NCBI GenBank assembly: GCA_951406725.2
Contig: OX597817.1
Location: 133,920,001-133,984,000 of the forward strand
DNA length: 64,000 bases
Direction: 5' to 3'
From: Octopus vulgaris
Taxonomy: Eukaryota
The notes under the pieces were generated by a model. The model did not search any database, was not told where the DNA came from, and saw only the letters and a list, made by a program, of their open reading frames with translations. Shown one piece after another: positions 40,730 to 52,889 of this stretch (position 1 is the first letter of the stretch; each line of letters opens with the position of its first letter). Made by a program: the position numbers and the translations under genes.

Positions 40730-41210
40730 GTAGCCAGCCAGTAGGTGTCGCTTCCGACAATCTCTGTTCGATGGTTTTATTTACCTAGTTTCGGTGGAAT
40801 ACATCCACTTGTTTTCAATAATAGAAATATTAAAATTACTAGTCTCTCTAAAAGAGAACAGCGGCAGCGTTCCCGGAAAATAATAGTTATCGCCATACTA
40901 ATATGGCATTCTTATAAAAATAAGAATAAAGCTGTCCACTTATTAGCTCCATGAGGCCATCGCCTTAAGTTAGCTATTTGATACACAAACTGTATCCATA
41001 TAACCTTCGAACAAGTAGCTGCCGGTCAAGTAGTGTGGAGCGACTGACCTCCCTTGTTCGAAGGTTAAATGGATACAGTTTGTGTATCAAATAGCTAACT
41101 TAAGGCGATATGATATATATTTATTCTTATTTTTATAAGAATGCCATATTAGTATGGCGATAACTATTATTTTCCGGGAACTCCCAGAGAGACTTTAATT
41201 TTAATATTTC

Positions 41211-41246
<36 letters not shown>

Positions 41247-41337
41247 TTAACTCCCAGTTTTCCTCCTCGTTTATCTCCTGGTCTAAGAGTTGAAATCACG
41301 ACCTCGCGATCGTAAGTCGAACACACTGACCACTTAC

Positions 41338-41372
<35 letters not shown>

Positions 41373-41669
41373 TATGGCATGTGTAGAACCGGTCCTGAAT
41401 CGGAACTACGGTTGAAATTGATTTGGTACTTACGTATCTATAGTACCCCATTGTTTTACTTTACTGTGGACCCTATGTTGTTGTACCTAGCCATTTCTGG
41501 CGCCCTACCTGCTGATATGCCTAGATTCTGTTGAATTCTAAAACTAATCTCTCTCTTTCTCTCTCTCTATATATATACATGTATGTGTGTGTATTATACA
41601 CACGCACATACAGACACACACACACACTCACGCACACACACACATATATATATGTATGTATATACATAC

Positions 41670-41701
<32 letters not shown>

Positions 41702-41735
41702 TTATATATATATATATGTATATATATATTTATGT

Positions 41736-41791
<56 letters not shown>

Positions 41792-41940
41792 GTATGAGTA
41801 AGCTGGTGTTTGTTCTGTCACACCTTGACCAAAGTTTTTTGATTTGTTTAGATATGTGCTGTGGTCAATTTGTTCCAGTAATCTCCAGCATCGCTGCAGT
41901 GAAATAAGAGAGTAAAGTGTGTATGCATATACATACATAC

Positions 41941-42330
41941 ATGATGGCTGCCCCCTCGTTATTGAGTATGGCCACTGCACGAAGCTTAACTGTTACTGGT
42001 GCTGTGATCGAATGTGACTTTTTAGCCCAGCTAAAGATCTACAAAGTCTCGTACAGAATTGGCAGCTAAAACCTTTACCGGCAGTAGCCGGCTGTAGTTG
42101 TAACTGGGCTTCATGTACCTTTGCATGTCGTTTCAGTCCTCCTGCCGAATTACACTCTCTTCCACATGCCCGACAGATATGATTAGTATGGTGTGTAACA
42201 CCACCATCAGAGGACAGGTTGTCACTCATCTGTCTTGCTTTTTGACTACGAAGATGACTCTTGAGTCCAGCATTACTGAGGCGTACATACATAATCAAAA
42301 ACCTAGAAATACTCGGTTCCACGGAGAAAG
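41941..42330 (-). mobile_element. RTE-clade LINE 3' end with C2H2 zinc fingers
   Basis: CRACGRECNSAGGLKRHAKVH and CQFCTRLCRSLAGLKSHIRSQH, then a short 3' tail ...ggccatactcaataacgagggggcagccatcat(gtat)n. Confidence 0.7.
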
Positions 42331-42663
42331 CAAAAGAAAGTGAAGCGGATCCTCCAGATCCAGTCTATTAGTGGCACTGCGAACATACGTAAGACACTCT
42401 CAACATTCTCCATGTGAGAATCTTATGTGAATAGATGCACACACTTGGGCGTATTCATCAAGAGTTTAACCAACTCAACTCCATGTTTACAACGAACACC
42501 AGGAACTCCCTTGACTCGAAAAGCCTTGTCGCTTTCTTAGCGACAAGACTGAACTCTCTCAAGAACATAATTAAAACTTAAAGAAAGATCATGTACACAC
42601 ACTTGTATGTATCTATGTAGGTATATATGTATATATATATCTATATCTATACCTGTCTATATG

Positions 42664-42702
<39 letters not shown>

Positions 42703-42705
<3 letters not shown>

Positions 42706-43445
42706 TTTAAGATGGAAAAGCACAGAAATCTTGTTTGTGTAGATAAAGCTTATTTAATCCATTACAGTATAGAGAGATGACACTATTATAAAATTATAAG
42801 TTTTTGATTTGATCTTTCCTAAAAGCAGATAAGAAACTGTTTTGTGTTTATACAAGGGCAATAATCAGTTAATATAATGCTTTTTAGCCAGAGATAATCA
42901 GTGGATATAATATTTCGTAGCTCAGTGGAGGTAAGTCTTTTACTTTTTTTCTGGTTGTTTTTATCTGTGAATATTTTTTTAAATTTTTGAATTCCATTAT
43001 ATATTCATGTGAAGTTTTGGTTTGTATTTTTCAATACATGTGGCCTCTTTATTTAGTCTTTGTTGAGTTGAGGTCCTTTCCGTAAATTGGTATAGTGGAA
43101 GTAATGTGAATTGTGGTTGGCGTTCCTTAGCACATCTGTCTATGTGACCACTGAGTGGTATTTGCCGGTATTGGGAGTGGTAGACTTATTGTCTATTTAG
43201 TGTAGATCTACGTCTGATGGACATACTTGTTGAGCCTATATTGTTCTTATTGCAGCTGGAACATGCTATGACGTAGATGCGATTTTCATACCTGCACCTA
43301 CGCAAGATTAAATCTAAAACTTATGATTTCATAACATTGAACCTGATTAGCGAAGCGAAACCGGTGGAATCTGTACATATTGTAATGGATTAAGTAATCT
43401 TTATCTACACAAACACGATTTATGTGCTTTTTCAACTTAAATCTT
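42703..43445 (-). mobile_element. Second PLE remnant with inverted pLTR ends; GIY-YIG pseudo-ORF at 42997-43296
   Basis: CRYENRIYVIACSSCNKNNIGST...RQ*...SGHIDRCAKERQPQF...LYQF...KEATCIEKYKPKLH; 42703-42815 is inverted at ~43305-43445; decayed hammerhead CTGATTAgcgaagcGAAAccggt at ~43343. Confidence 0.75.
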
Positions 43446-43721
43446 ATTTCATATTTACCACTACGTGGAATCTTCCACCGAATTTTTCACCGGTGTGTGT
43501 ATATGTATATATACATATATATATATGCAGAGATATATAATTATATTATATAGGGTAAAACATACTTATTTTCCTCTGTTTCTATATATGCTTGATCACT
43601 TCAGCCAACTGAGACATGCATATATTATTGATGAGCTTCAGTAAGATCGAAACTTATCCGATACTTTCATCTGTCGGATATAAAAGCAAAATACACACAC
43701 GTATGTAGTGTATCTGTGAGT

Positions 43722-43756
<35 letters not shown>

Positions 43757-46700
43757 GTGCTTGTGTTTATCATTCAGAATTCTACATTCGGATGTTTAAT
43801 AAATTAGTGGATTCACAATCCTCCCCTAGTATGTATTTTCCATCACCTTTATTGTGTGCACACGTGTGCTCTTTTGCGTGATTGCTACGTATTATTTATT
43901 ATAGAATCAACAATTATTTTCGATTATATGCCTATGAAAACACCATTTCTTGTGATCCCAGGAAGCACATTCTATCGATCCCTCGACTATTAGCTAATCT
44001 CGCCCCGTCTCAATCCTGCTCGCCTTTTCCACCTCTCTCTTCCTTTAATGTTTTGAATCCCCAAATTATTCTCCAGTCTGTATAAGTATCCGTCATACGT
44101 AATTGAGGCTGTATGGAATTTAAATTAAACATAATACATAGATGGCTATTGAATAAGAGATGAATGTTTTACTGAAAGAAGCTACAAAAGCAATGAAAGA
44201 TCTTTTGGTAAACTTAGAGTTTAATTGAAACTTGACGACGGCTACAATCTATTTCTGTTAATCAATATTTAAGAACAAGATTCTGCATTGATATCAAGGA
44301 TCATTATAGGGACTAATCAAAAGTTGTTATCGATTTTCACGTTGTAGTGTCAAAAGGGCGGCTATCTTCTTCCAATCATTTGAAGCATACCATTTTTAGG
44401 TGTCGTATATAATGTTACAAAAGGAAAGCGATAACAATCACATCTGATTACATCAGGAAGAAAATTATTGAACGGTTGATCGTCGAATCGGCAGAGCGAC
44501 GGACAATGCACCGTGTGGTATTTCTTAAATTTTTTTTTATATTCTGGATTGAAATGTCACCAAGCATCGAATTTATTTAGACTAGGAATATAATTACTGC
44601 GCAAAATTTTTCCATAATATCTTGTCTTCTCAGCATTGTTGATATGTCCAGCACACCTTAGGACTTGCATTCAAGTTCAGATCTTCACCGGTGTAATGGT
44701 ACTTGCGAAAGCTATGGGCAACAGCTCTTTGTTTAGATCCAGCAAGGAAAAAAGAAAAAAAAGCTCTATCGAATACAATATCTACTACATATGTGAGAGA
44801 TTCTGTCTGTGAGCGTGTTTGTGGAGTTGTTAGGTAACCCCTCCTTCATCGTTTTATCGATTTTGAAGAAACTCATGTCTGGAAACCTCATGGCATACTC
44901 AGATTGTTGAAAAAACCATAATAATAGGACCTCTGGAAGGGATCCTTATATATATCTAATATATTTCAACAACCAAGAAAAATGGCCTATTTATTTTCCT
45001 AAATCATTTGGTATAAATCAAATTGAGTGTGGTTATTTCTTAGTATTTGAACTGTTAAAAATATTTTCCCAAATAACAAGTATATAGTATTTTCCTAAAC
45101 AGTAGATCCAATTATTTTGGTTAGTGACTTATTCATGAATATACCAACACTAGCGCCGCTGAGGGTAATATTCTCTAGGAACGCACAAAAGTCCTTTTGA
45201 GAGTTATTTACTTTGAATTGTTATTAACTCATATCTTACTAACCTGTTATTACGTAACATGCTTCATGATTTTAGTGTACATACCTTATTAGTATTTCCT
45301 CGTAAGTTCTATATACTGTGGGGACGCATTAAAGCCCTTCAAGGGTCTACTTTTTTTGAATTCTTACAGTCAGGTAACTAATTTCATGTTATGATATAAC
45401 TGACTTCACAATTTGGGTATTCATAACTTACTGAGAATTCCTAAAAACGAGATCCTGTGTAAGACATTTCGTTATTCTCTGTAAATGCAGAGAAACCGTT
45501 TTAAGGGCAACATACTTTGTATCGTTGTTATTGGCTTAGCAAAACAATTATGAGAACGGAGCCAGGGGGTAAACCCCACTTTCCCAGGAACTACCATAGA
45601 TATTGGTTTAAAATTTTGGCGCAGGGGTAGGAATTTTTATATCGAATTCAGTGCTCAACTGGTACTTATTTTATCGACCCGAAAAGGCTGAAAGGCAAAG
45701 TCAAACTCAGAACTTAAAGGCGGACGAAATGCCGCTAAGCATTTTTCCTGATGTACTAAAAATATTGCCAGCTTGACCGAACCCGGAACCATGTGGTTGG
45801 GAAGCAAGCTTCTTACCACACAGCCATCGCTGTGCCTATGTGGATATTCAAGCAATGCGTTAGTGCATACTAGATGGGTTGGATGTGGTGCTGACGAAAG
45901 AGCGATAATTCTTGAAATATGTATATACACCCATTACCTATTTTCTCTATCGCATTGTTTACATATACGTATTCCTATGCGAAACGTAACTTTCAGTGCT
46001 GGTTCCAAATTTTATAGCACATCAATAGAGATAAGCTAAAAAAATATATATATTAGTGGTTGTAGTCAGTGACGTGGTTGGTGAGATACACTTTGGTAAT
46101 TTCCCAGATGATTGATTTCATGAATGTTATTGATAATGTTTGTGAGTGTAGTAACTATACCATACGAGGTGTTCGAAAAATGCTACAATGTGTATCGTAG
46201 TCGAGTTTATGGGAGGGTCCTTGAGAATTCATCAGAGATCGTAAGCTCTGAGCTTGCTTATGTAGCGGATCTGGGATCTTTAATTTATGACTTATTTATA
46301 TGTAGAGAGAGCTTAGTACTAGAAGGACCCTTGAGATAAGATGATAAGCGAAAATGTAAATGTGTTTCCAAATATTTTGAGATAATTGTCGGATTTCAGG
46401 AAATTCTTAAGAGCTTTGGGAATTAATGAGCTATCAAGAATCTCCAATGTTGTGGGCTTTTCTTAAAAGTTTCAGATTAATTATGTGGAAAACATCGCAC
46501 TGAGCCATTAACATAAAATGCATTTTTTATAGAATATATTTCACTTATGAATTCAAAGTATATTTATTCTTCAATCATTGCTTTGAACACTGTAGACATT
46601 ACTATAATGCGTCTGCACCAAGTTTTGAAACAGGAACGGTTCAAAACAAGCCATTTCCATACTTGGCATAGGATTTTCTTAAATGCTCTAAATAGAACAT

Positions 46701-46776
46701 AACTAATGGAGGTAACCAAATGTCGATTTTTTATAGTTAAAATGTATAATACACACACGCACATACATATACATAC

Positions 46777-46812
<36 letters not shown>

Positions 46813-46819
46813 GTATGTC

Positions 46820-46850
<31 letters not shown>

Positions 46851-46870
46851 CTATATATAAATATATATAC

Positions 46871-46901
<31 letters not shown>

Positions 46902-46910
46902 CTATATATC

Positions 46911-46971
<61 letters not shown>

Positions 46972-47587
46972 GTGAAGCTATTAAAACGGCGAATTCCATC
47001 GATTCTGTGAAAACACACCTTTTTTAAACTAGGTATTCATTTTATCTAGTTGAAGTATGAACAATCACAAACTTTCTTACGATACTTACGTTATCTTCCC
47101 CCTCTCTCTCTCTCTCTCTCCTTCTTCCGCCCCCTCCTCAGTCTCAGATACGCTCCACACCTTTACTTATCTCCGTTTCCTTTTCCTCTCTCATACCCAC
47201 ATCGCTCTCTACACGTGAGCTTCATTTTGTCTACTTAATGGAATCAGAAACATCCGTTATCTTCCCAATTTCTATCTGTGGAAGCGATCGTTTAAGTAGT
47301 AACGTCCCTCACCACTTTATCCAGAAATGTCAGTCGGCTGAACAGTATTCTATCAAGATCTCTCCCCAGTGCACTGAGCTGAACGTTCTTTAAAAGTAAA
47401 TCGCTGATTTAAATCTGCACCAGACTGACTTATATTGCAGCATGCTCACCGTTATGCAGCCACAGCAATTTAGCAAATGGAGTTGCTAGCTTGGAAGAAA
47501 TAACGATGGATATGGCTTCTTCATTTATAAAGTGGCGACAGGCGCCATTCACAGCTTCTACACCTGCTTACTTACCGATATGTCGGC

Positions 47588-47659
<72 letters not shown>

Positions 47660-47761
47660 TTGTCTATCTATCTATCTATCTATGTCAGTCTGTCTGTCTA
47701 TCTATCTCAGTCTGTCTGTCTATCTATCTATCTATCTATCCATCCATCCATCTATCCATCC

Positions 47762-47811
<50 letters not shown>

Positions 47812-47858
47812 GTAGCTAGCTACTTTCTTGCGTTCCAGGAGCATGAACGTGAATATGT

Positions 47859-47901
<43 letters not shown>

Positions 47902-48523
47902 CGTGTGTGTGTGTGTGTGTATTTAGGTATATATATATATTTATATGGGGAGATGTCCGTTCGTATGTGTGTTGGCGGGTGCACACGTTTATATTCATTT
48001 TAAAATACATTATTTAGAAGTGTATTCAAAACAAAGCAAAAAAATATTTCACACAGAAAGATGTTCACACACACATACACACATATGTATATACATATTT
48101 TTCTATCTATATATCTCTGTATCTCTATCTATCTAGCTGTCTATTTCTCTCTTTCTCTCGCTCTCAATCGATAAGTATAATGTGTGTTTATATATATATA
48201 TATATATATATGTATATAATAAAAAGGGTAAATAATTTTTTCCGTGGTTTTTTAGACAACCAACAATTATTTGCCGGTAAATTCCGGTATGTAAATATGA
48301 CTTTTAGCGTCAGGAACTTCTGTAGAGTTCAGTATATATAGTAAATATAATTAAAAGGGCAGGCAACAGGTTGCTCTGTCGCATACCGAAGGAATTAGAA
48401 ATGGCAGTCAAAGACTGTTTATTTCCATATTCTACAAGTGGAGGCTCCATATACGACATAACCCTGCGACTCACACACGCAAAATCGGAGTAGTAAATAA
48501 ACGAAAACAATCTCTTACCGTTA

Positions 48524-48584
48524 ATGGCGAACATGTTTCTAGATCGTAGGCTAGAAATTGCCTAATTTCTTTCGTCAGCACCAT
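48524..48584 (-). ncRNA. Type I hammerhead ribozyme with branched stem II region
   Basis: Reverse complement: atggtg CTGACGA aa(gaaatt-aggc-aatttc)(tag...cta) GAAA cat gtt cgccat; palindromic aacatgtt; within a ~420-bp unit between (TA)n tracts. Confidence 0.6.
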
Positions 48585-48679
48585 ATTCGATAGATTTATC
48601 AAATGCCACCAGCCTCCACCTCTGACCAGGCGTCATATGTATATATATATATATATGTATATATGTATATATATATATG

Positions 48680-48724
<45 letters not shown>

Positions 48725-49565
48725 GTATGTATATATATATATATATAAGATCCAGGTTTCCAGGTGTAGGAAGAAGGTTTAGCTTACAGCAATCTGTAGT
48801 GAATAAAAAAAAAATACTTTCAGAAACAATAATGGTTTATTGAGATGGAAATTTCCAGATTGTTTTTCTTTTATCGAAGAACGATGAGCTGGAACGAAGT
48901 TCTTTTTATATTCCTCGGTAGGCATCCAGAGTTGCCGAGTGTGCGAAAAAGAATACAAGGGTTACGAAATGGAGTGTGGGAAATCCAGGCTACATATGCT
49001 TCATAGCGAGTGGACCTACAGAAGTGGTAAGATCCATGTGAGGTGTATACCGTCGGCTACTCTTCAGGCCAAGGATTCTGACTGAAATCTTTGCGTCAAC
49101 ACGTACTTCCTTCCGACAATGTAGTCTTTAATCTAATTCAGATATTCTTGGCCCGCGGTATACACCTCACTTGGATTTTACCACTTTTGAGGTTCCACTT
49201 GCTAGCTTCCTAGGGCTAAATAGCGGTGAGTGATTCCCTTTACGGGACTGTCACGTTAAGTTGACAGTATACAACCGCTTTATCGTTCTACCACCGCTCA
49301 TATCTCTCTGAGATATTTAGAAATTTAATATTTCTAATTTCGGTGATCAGTGAATAAACTTCACTGAAAATATATATGTTTACGAAGGCTTTGCAAGCAT
49401 CTTCAGCTAGCAGGCCATGCTACTCTAAATTGTCACGTGCATCGTCAGAGTGTTGGTTTTTCTGAGTTGGCTTTGTGATATTGTGAGTACAGAACATTGT
49501 TATTGTCGAAAGTATTGTTATTGTTGAATTTTTGAAAATTGTTTCATTGCTACCCACTGTTGAGT

Positions 49566-50828
49566 ATGCAAACAGCAAGTTACGCGCAAGCAGCAGGTAA
49601 AAGCATGTCTGCCGACACGATGCAGTTAAAAGAGATAATAATCGAAAAGGGAAATCTGAAAAAAATATTTTGAAAGTTTTAAGAAGGAAGGAGATTGCCT
49701 TCGAATCACACCGCCGAAGGACGATGTAGAAAAAGCGGAGAGAAAGATCATTGTCTACAGAACGTGGAATGTAGCCACGAAAAATATAGAAGTGGCAGAG
49801 ATAGAAGACATCGAGGAATGTCTAGCAGAGATAAAAGATAGGACTACCTTCTACACAAGAGGAAGGAAGTTTGCTACCGTAGAAGTACGTTTTGAAAGTG
49901 AGGAAGAAGCTAAGAGACACGCTACTACGGTATTGAGAACAGCTAGGTGGATACTTCTACCTACCTATTGTGGAAAACAAGCAGCGAAAGTGAGAATAGG
50001 AAAAGTACCAACGGAGATAGATGTAGAAAGGCTGGTAGCAGCCATAATATACAATTGTAAAGAGGAGGTAGATATCCTCAAAGTTGAAAAATCAAGAGAC
50101 GTTAACTGGTGGAGTTATGATGTGGAAGCCCTGATACACATAACCCTGCCGGATTTACACATGATTGCAGAGGAGTTGATGCTACTCGACGAAACCCGAC
50201 TGAGAGTCGTGGTGGAGACCACCAATATGTTACAAATGTAAAAGTAGGGGACATATGCAAGCAAAGTGTCCCCTAAGAGAAGTGCAGGTGGAAGAGATGG
50301 AAATGTGCAGCGACGCAGCGAGAGAGTAGGAAAAAAAAGAAATAACGGCAGAAAGAAAGAGAACGAGGGTGGAGCCACCACCAAAAAGCTCCAAGAAGAA
50401 AAAAAACACCAGTAAGTGAAAAAGGAAGTACAGAGATTCGAACTCAGGAACCGAAGACAATGACAAAGAGTGAAGAAAATAAAGCTAAAAATAGGCGAAA
50501 TGCGAAGAATGGATGAGGAGAGCGAGTAAATTATGTAAGGCGAACAGGACGAGCTTTGGGACAGAATTTAAGAACGTTGATACTCTACGAAAAGAATATG
50601 GAAATAGAGAAAAGGTTAACCAAAACAAAAGGTTTGATAAGAGTAAAATTGGAACACGACATGTTTGAACCAAGCATTACAGCGGCATTAGTGGGACGAG
50701 AAAAAATGAAAAAACTAGTAGAGACATTCAAAGACAAGGTCAAATCATATAATATATATATTCGTTATGATAATCTGGCCAACGTGATTGGGCTGGAGGA
50801 CATAATAGAATATATAACAGATAGATAA
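49566..50828 (+). pseudogene. Frameshifted gag/ORF1-like nucleic-acid-binding protein (SYAQA motif, RRM-like region, CCHC zinc knuckle)
   Basis: MQTASYAQAAG...; ORF 49792-50241; shifted frame PICYKCKSRGHMQAKCP (CX2CX4HX4C) at ~50222-50272; basic tail and ORF 50556-50828. Confidence 0.75.
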
Positions 50829-51039
50829 ATAGAACGACTACAAACTGTATAAAGGAATTGTAAAATGAATCTGCGAGCTTGGGGGGATCGTAAGCCATTC
50901 CATTTTTCCATTACACATAACTCGTCTCATATTCATTATTTGTTATATGTACCCTAAATTTTGTATTGTTTGTATGTTATTGTAATATCCATTCTATATT
51001 CAGGCTACATGCCTATAATAAAGAGAAAGGCCATCATAC

Positions 51040-51085
51040 TCCAGACTGATGATGAGCAAGACTCAGAAACATGCATGTCTCTGGA
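51040..51085 (+). ncRNA. Canonical type I hammerhead ribozyme; predicted cleavage after C51079
   Basis: tccaga CTGATGA tgag-caaga-ctca GAAA catgcatg tc tctgga; palindromic stem III acatgcatgt. Confidence 0.88.
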
Positions 51086-51348
51086 TGCAGGCCTAGCTGT
51101 TGGGGGTGCTTGTCTCCCCTTCGTAACCATAAGAAAACAGGAAATGTGTCAAAGCCGACAGGAAGCGTCGATGCTTCCTAGGGCTAAATAGCGGTGTGGT
51201 GATTCCCTTTACGGGACTGTCACGTTAAGTTGACAGTATACAACCGCTTTATATATATATACACATATATATATATATATATATACATAAATACATACAT
51301 ATATATACATAAATATATATACATAAATACATACATATATATACATAA

Positions 51349-51400
<52 letters not shown>

Positions 51401-51480
51401 ATAAATATTAGGGAATAAATCCAAATTTACAAGGAAAAATCAGATTTAAGATTAAATCCAATTTTATAATAAAATATTAT

Positions 51481-51808
51481 ATTATAATAAATTAGAGGCA
51501 AAACCACTATTATGCAAATAAAACAAAGAAAGACTTAAGCCAATACATAAAATATAAAATAATTTATATAAATTAAAATTTAACAAATGAATAACCACTA
51601 CGATCGTGTGTCGATATAGGTGGTTTCTAAACATTCTTAACGTTAAGAATGTTTAGAAACCACCTGAAGAATGTCTAAGATGTGCTGACACGAAACGATC
51701 GTAGTGGTTATTCATTTGTTAAATTTTAATTTATATAAATTATTCTATATTTTATGTATTGGGTCTTTCTTTGTTTATTTGCATAATAGTTTTTGTCTCT
51801 AATTTATA

Positions 51809-51810
<2 letters not shown>
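51481..51810. repeat. ~330-bp imperfect palindrome centred at ~51641 between (TA)n tracts (inverted pLTR-like)
   Basis: ggtggtttctaaacattcttaa cg ttaagaatgtttagaaaccacc at the centre; arms match out to attataa... Confidence 0.85.
51658..51709 (+). ncRNA. Type I hammerhead ribozyme (A-C mismatch at the base of stem II); predicted cleavage after A51703
   Basis: aaccac CTGAAGA atgtc...gacac GAAA cgatcg ta gtggtt. Confidence 0.75.
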
Positions 51811-51840
<30 letters not shown>

Positions 51841-52141
51841 TATACATATATATATATATAAAATATATATACATAATATATATATATATGTATATATATA
51901 TTGTGGGTGTATATTTGTGTTTGTGTATTGTATATATATATATATATAACAAAGTCACTTTGATCCGTGTAGTAGAGGTGTTCTTAGAGGTAAAAGAATC
52001 CTTGTTTCTTTTCTGTCGAAGAGCGTAGGCTCGAAACGTAAAAGACTTGTTCTATTTCTATTCCTCAGCGCCATACTAATACATTTGTTTGTTTGTACTC
52101 CACCTGCCTTCGTCTTTTGTTTATTTTCGTTAACCTTCCCG

Positions 52142-52176
<35 letters not shown>

Positions 52177-52177
<1 letters not shown>

Positions 52178-52721
52178 GTCAGGTCACTTTCGAGTGCTAC
52201 TGGTAACATGTAACCCAGTACAAACTGTTGCATGGTCAGGTCGTCGGCGACTAAACCGGCAACCACACCAAGCTTGCCTGGTGAGGAGGGTGTTTATTGG
52301 GCACCCTGCGGGATGAAAAACAAAACCCCTCAAAGGGCGGAGGAACTCTTGAGAGTCAACGGCCATCCAATAAATAACTTAAGGCTGTATCATGCGGGGG
52401 ACATAGAAATAATCGGACTGAATACCCGATCGCGCGGTTAAACCATTGGGAGTGAAGGACTCCTAGCCTTTGTTAGGGCATCCTTCTAGGAGAAGATAAC
52501 TCAGGTAACTGGGATAACTCCGACATAAAACCTGCAGCTCAGTGGTTACCGATGATGTTGACTTGTTTTTCTTTTCGGATTATGGTTGCTGTTGCATAGT
52601 GAGTGGGATTGACTCAGTGCACATCCTTTCCTCACTTTAAAAAATCTTCTTGCACAGGCATTGCACGATAACAACATTGTTTAAGCTTTGTGCAATGGCC
52701 ATATTTGATAACGCGGGGGTA

Positions 52722-52728
<7 letters not shown>
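52177..52728 (+). mobile_element. Non-autonomous RTE-derived element (5' UTR-like region plus RTE 3' tail)
   Basis: 3' end ttaagctttgtgcaatggccatatttgataacgcgggggtagccat matches the RTE tail at 41941-41990. Confidence 0.6.
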
Positions 52729-52787
<59 letters not shown>

Positions 52788-52813
52788 GGGTGTATATTTG
52801 TGTTTGTGTATTG

Positions 52814-52844
<31 letters not shown>

Positions 52845-52889
52845 TATGGGTGTACATTTGTGTGTTTGTGTATTATATATATATGTATA

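Larger units (their letters stand above)
39795..41216. repeat. Array 2 of the 362-bp hammerhead unit (~3.4 units, minus sense) plus an inverted segment 41015-41216
   Basis: Nearly identical to 2383-3497; (TA)n on both sides. Confidence 0.95.
49205..51251 (+). mobile_element. ~2-kb element with ~78-bp terminal direct repeats, gag/ORF1-like pseudo-ORF and 3' hammerhead, ending in (TA)n
   Basis: gcttcctagggctaaatagcggtg...gacagtatacaaccgcttta at 49205-49281 and 51173-51251. Confidence 0.75.

Noticed and set aside
41993-42322. Host C2H2 zinc-finger gene
   Set aside because: No TGEKP linkers, and it is followed immediately by an RTE-type 3' tail and microsatellite
43625-43680. TTGATGA...GAAAC hammerhead-like string
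   Set aside because: U3 with G8, poor stem II and no convincing stem I or III
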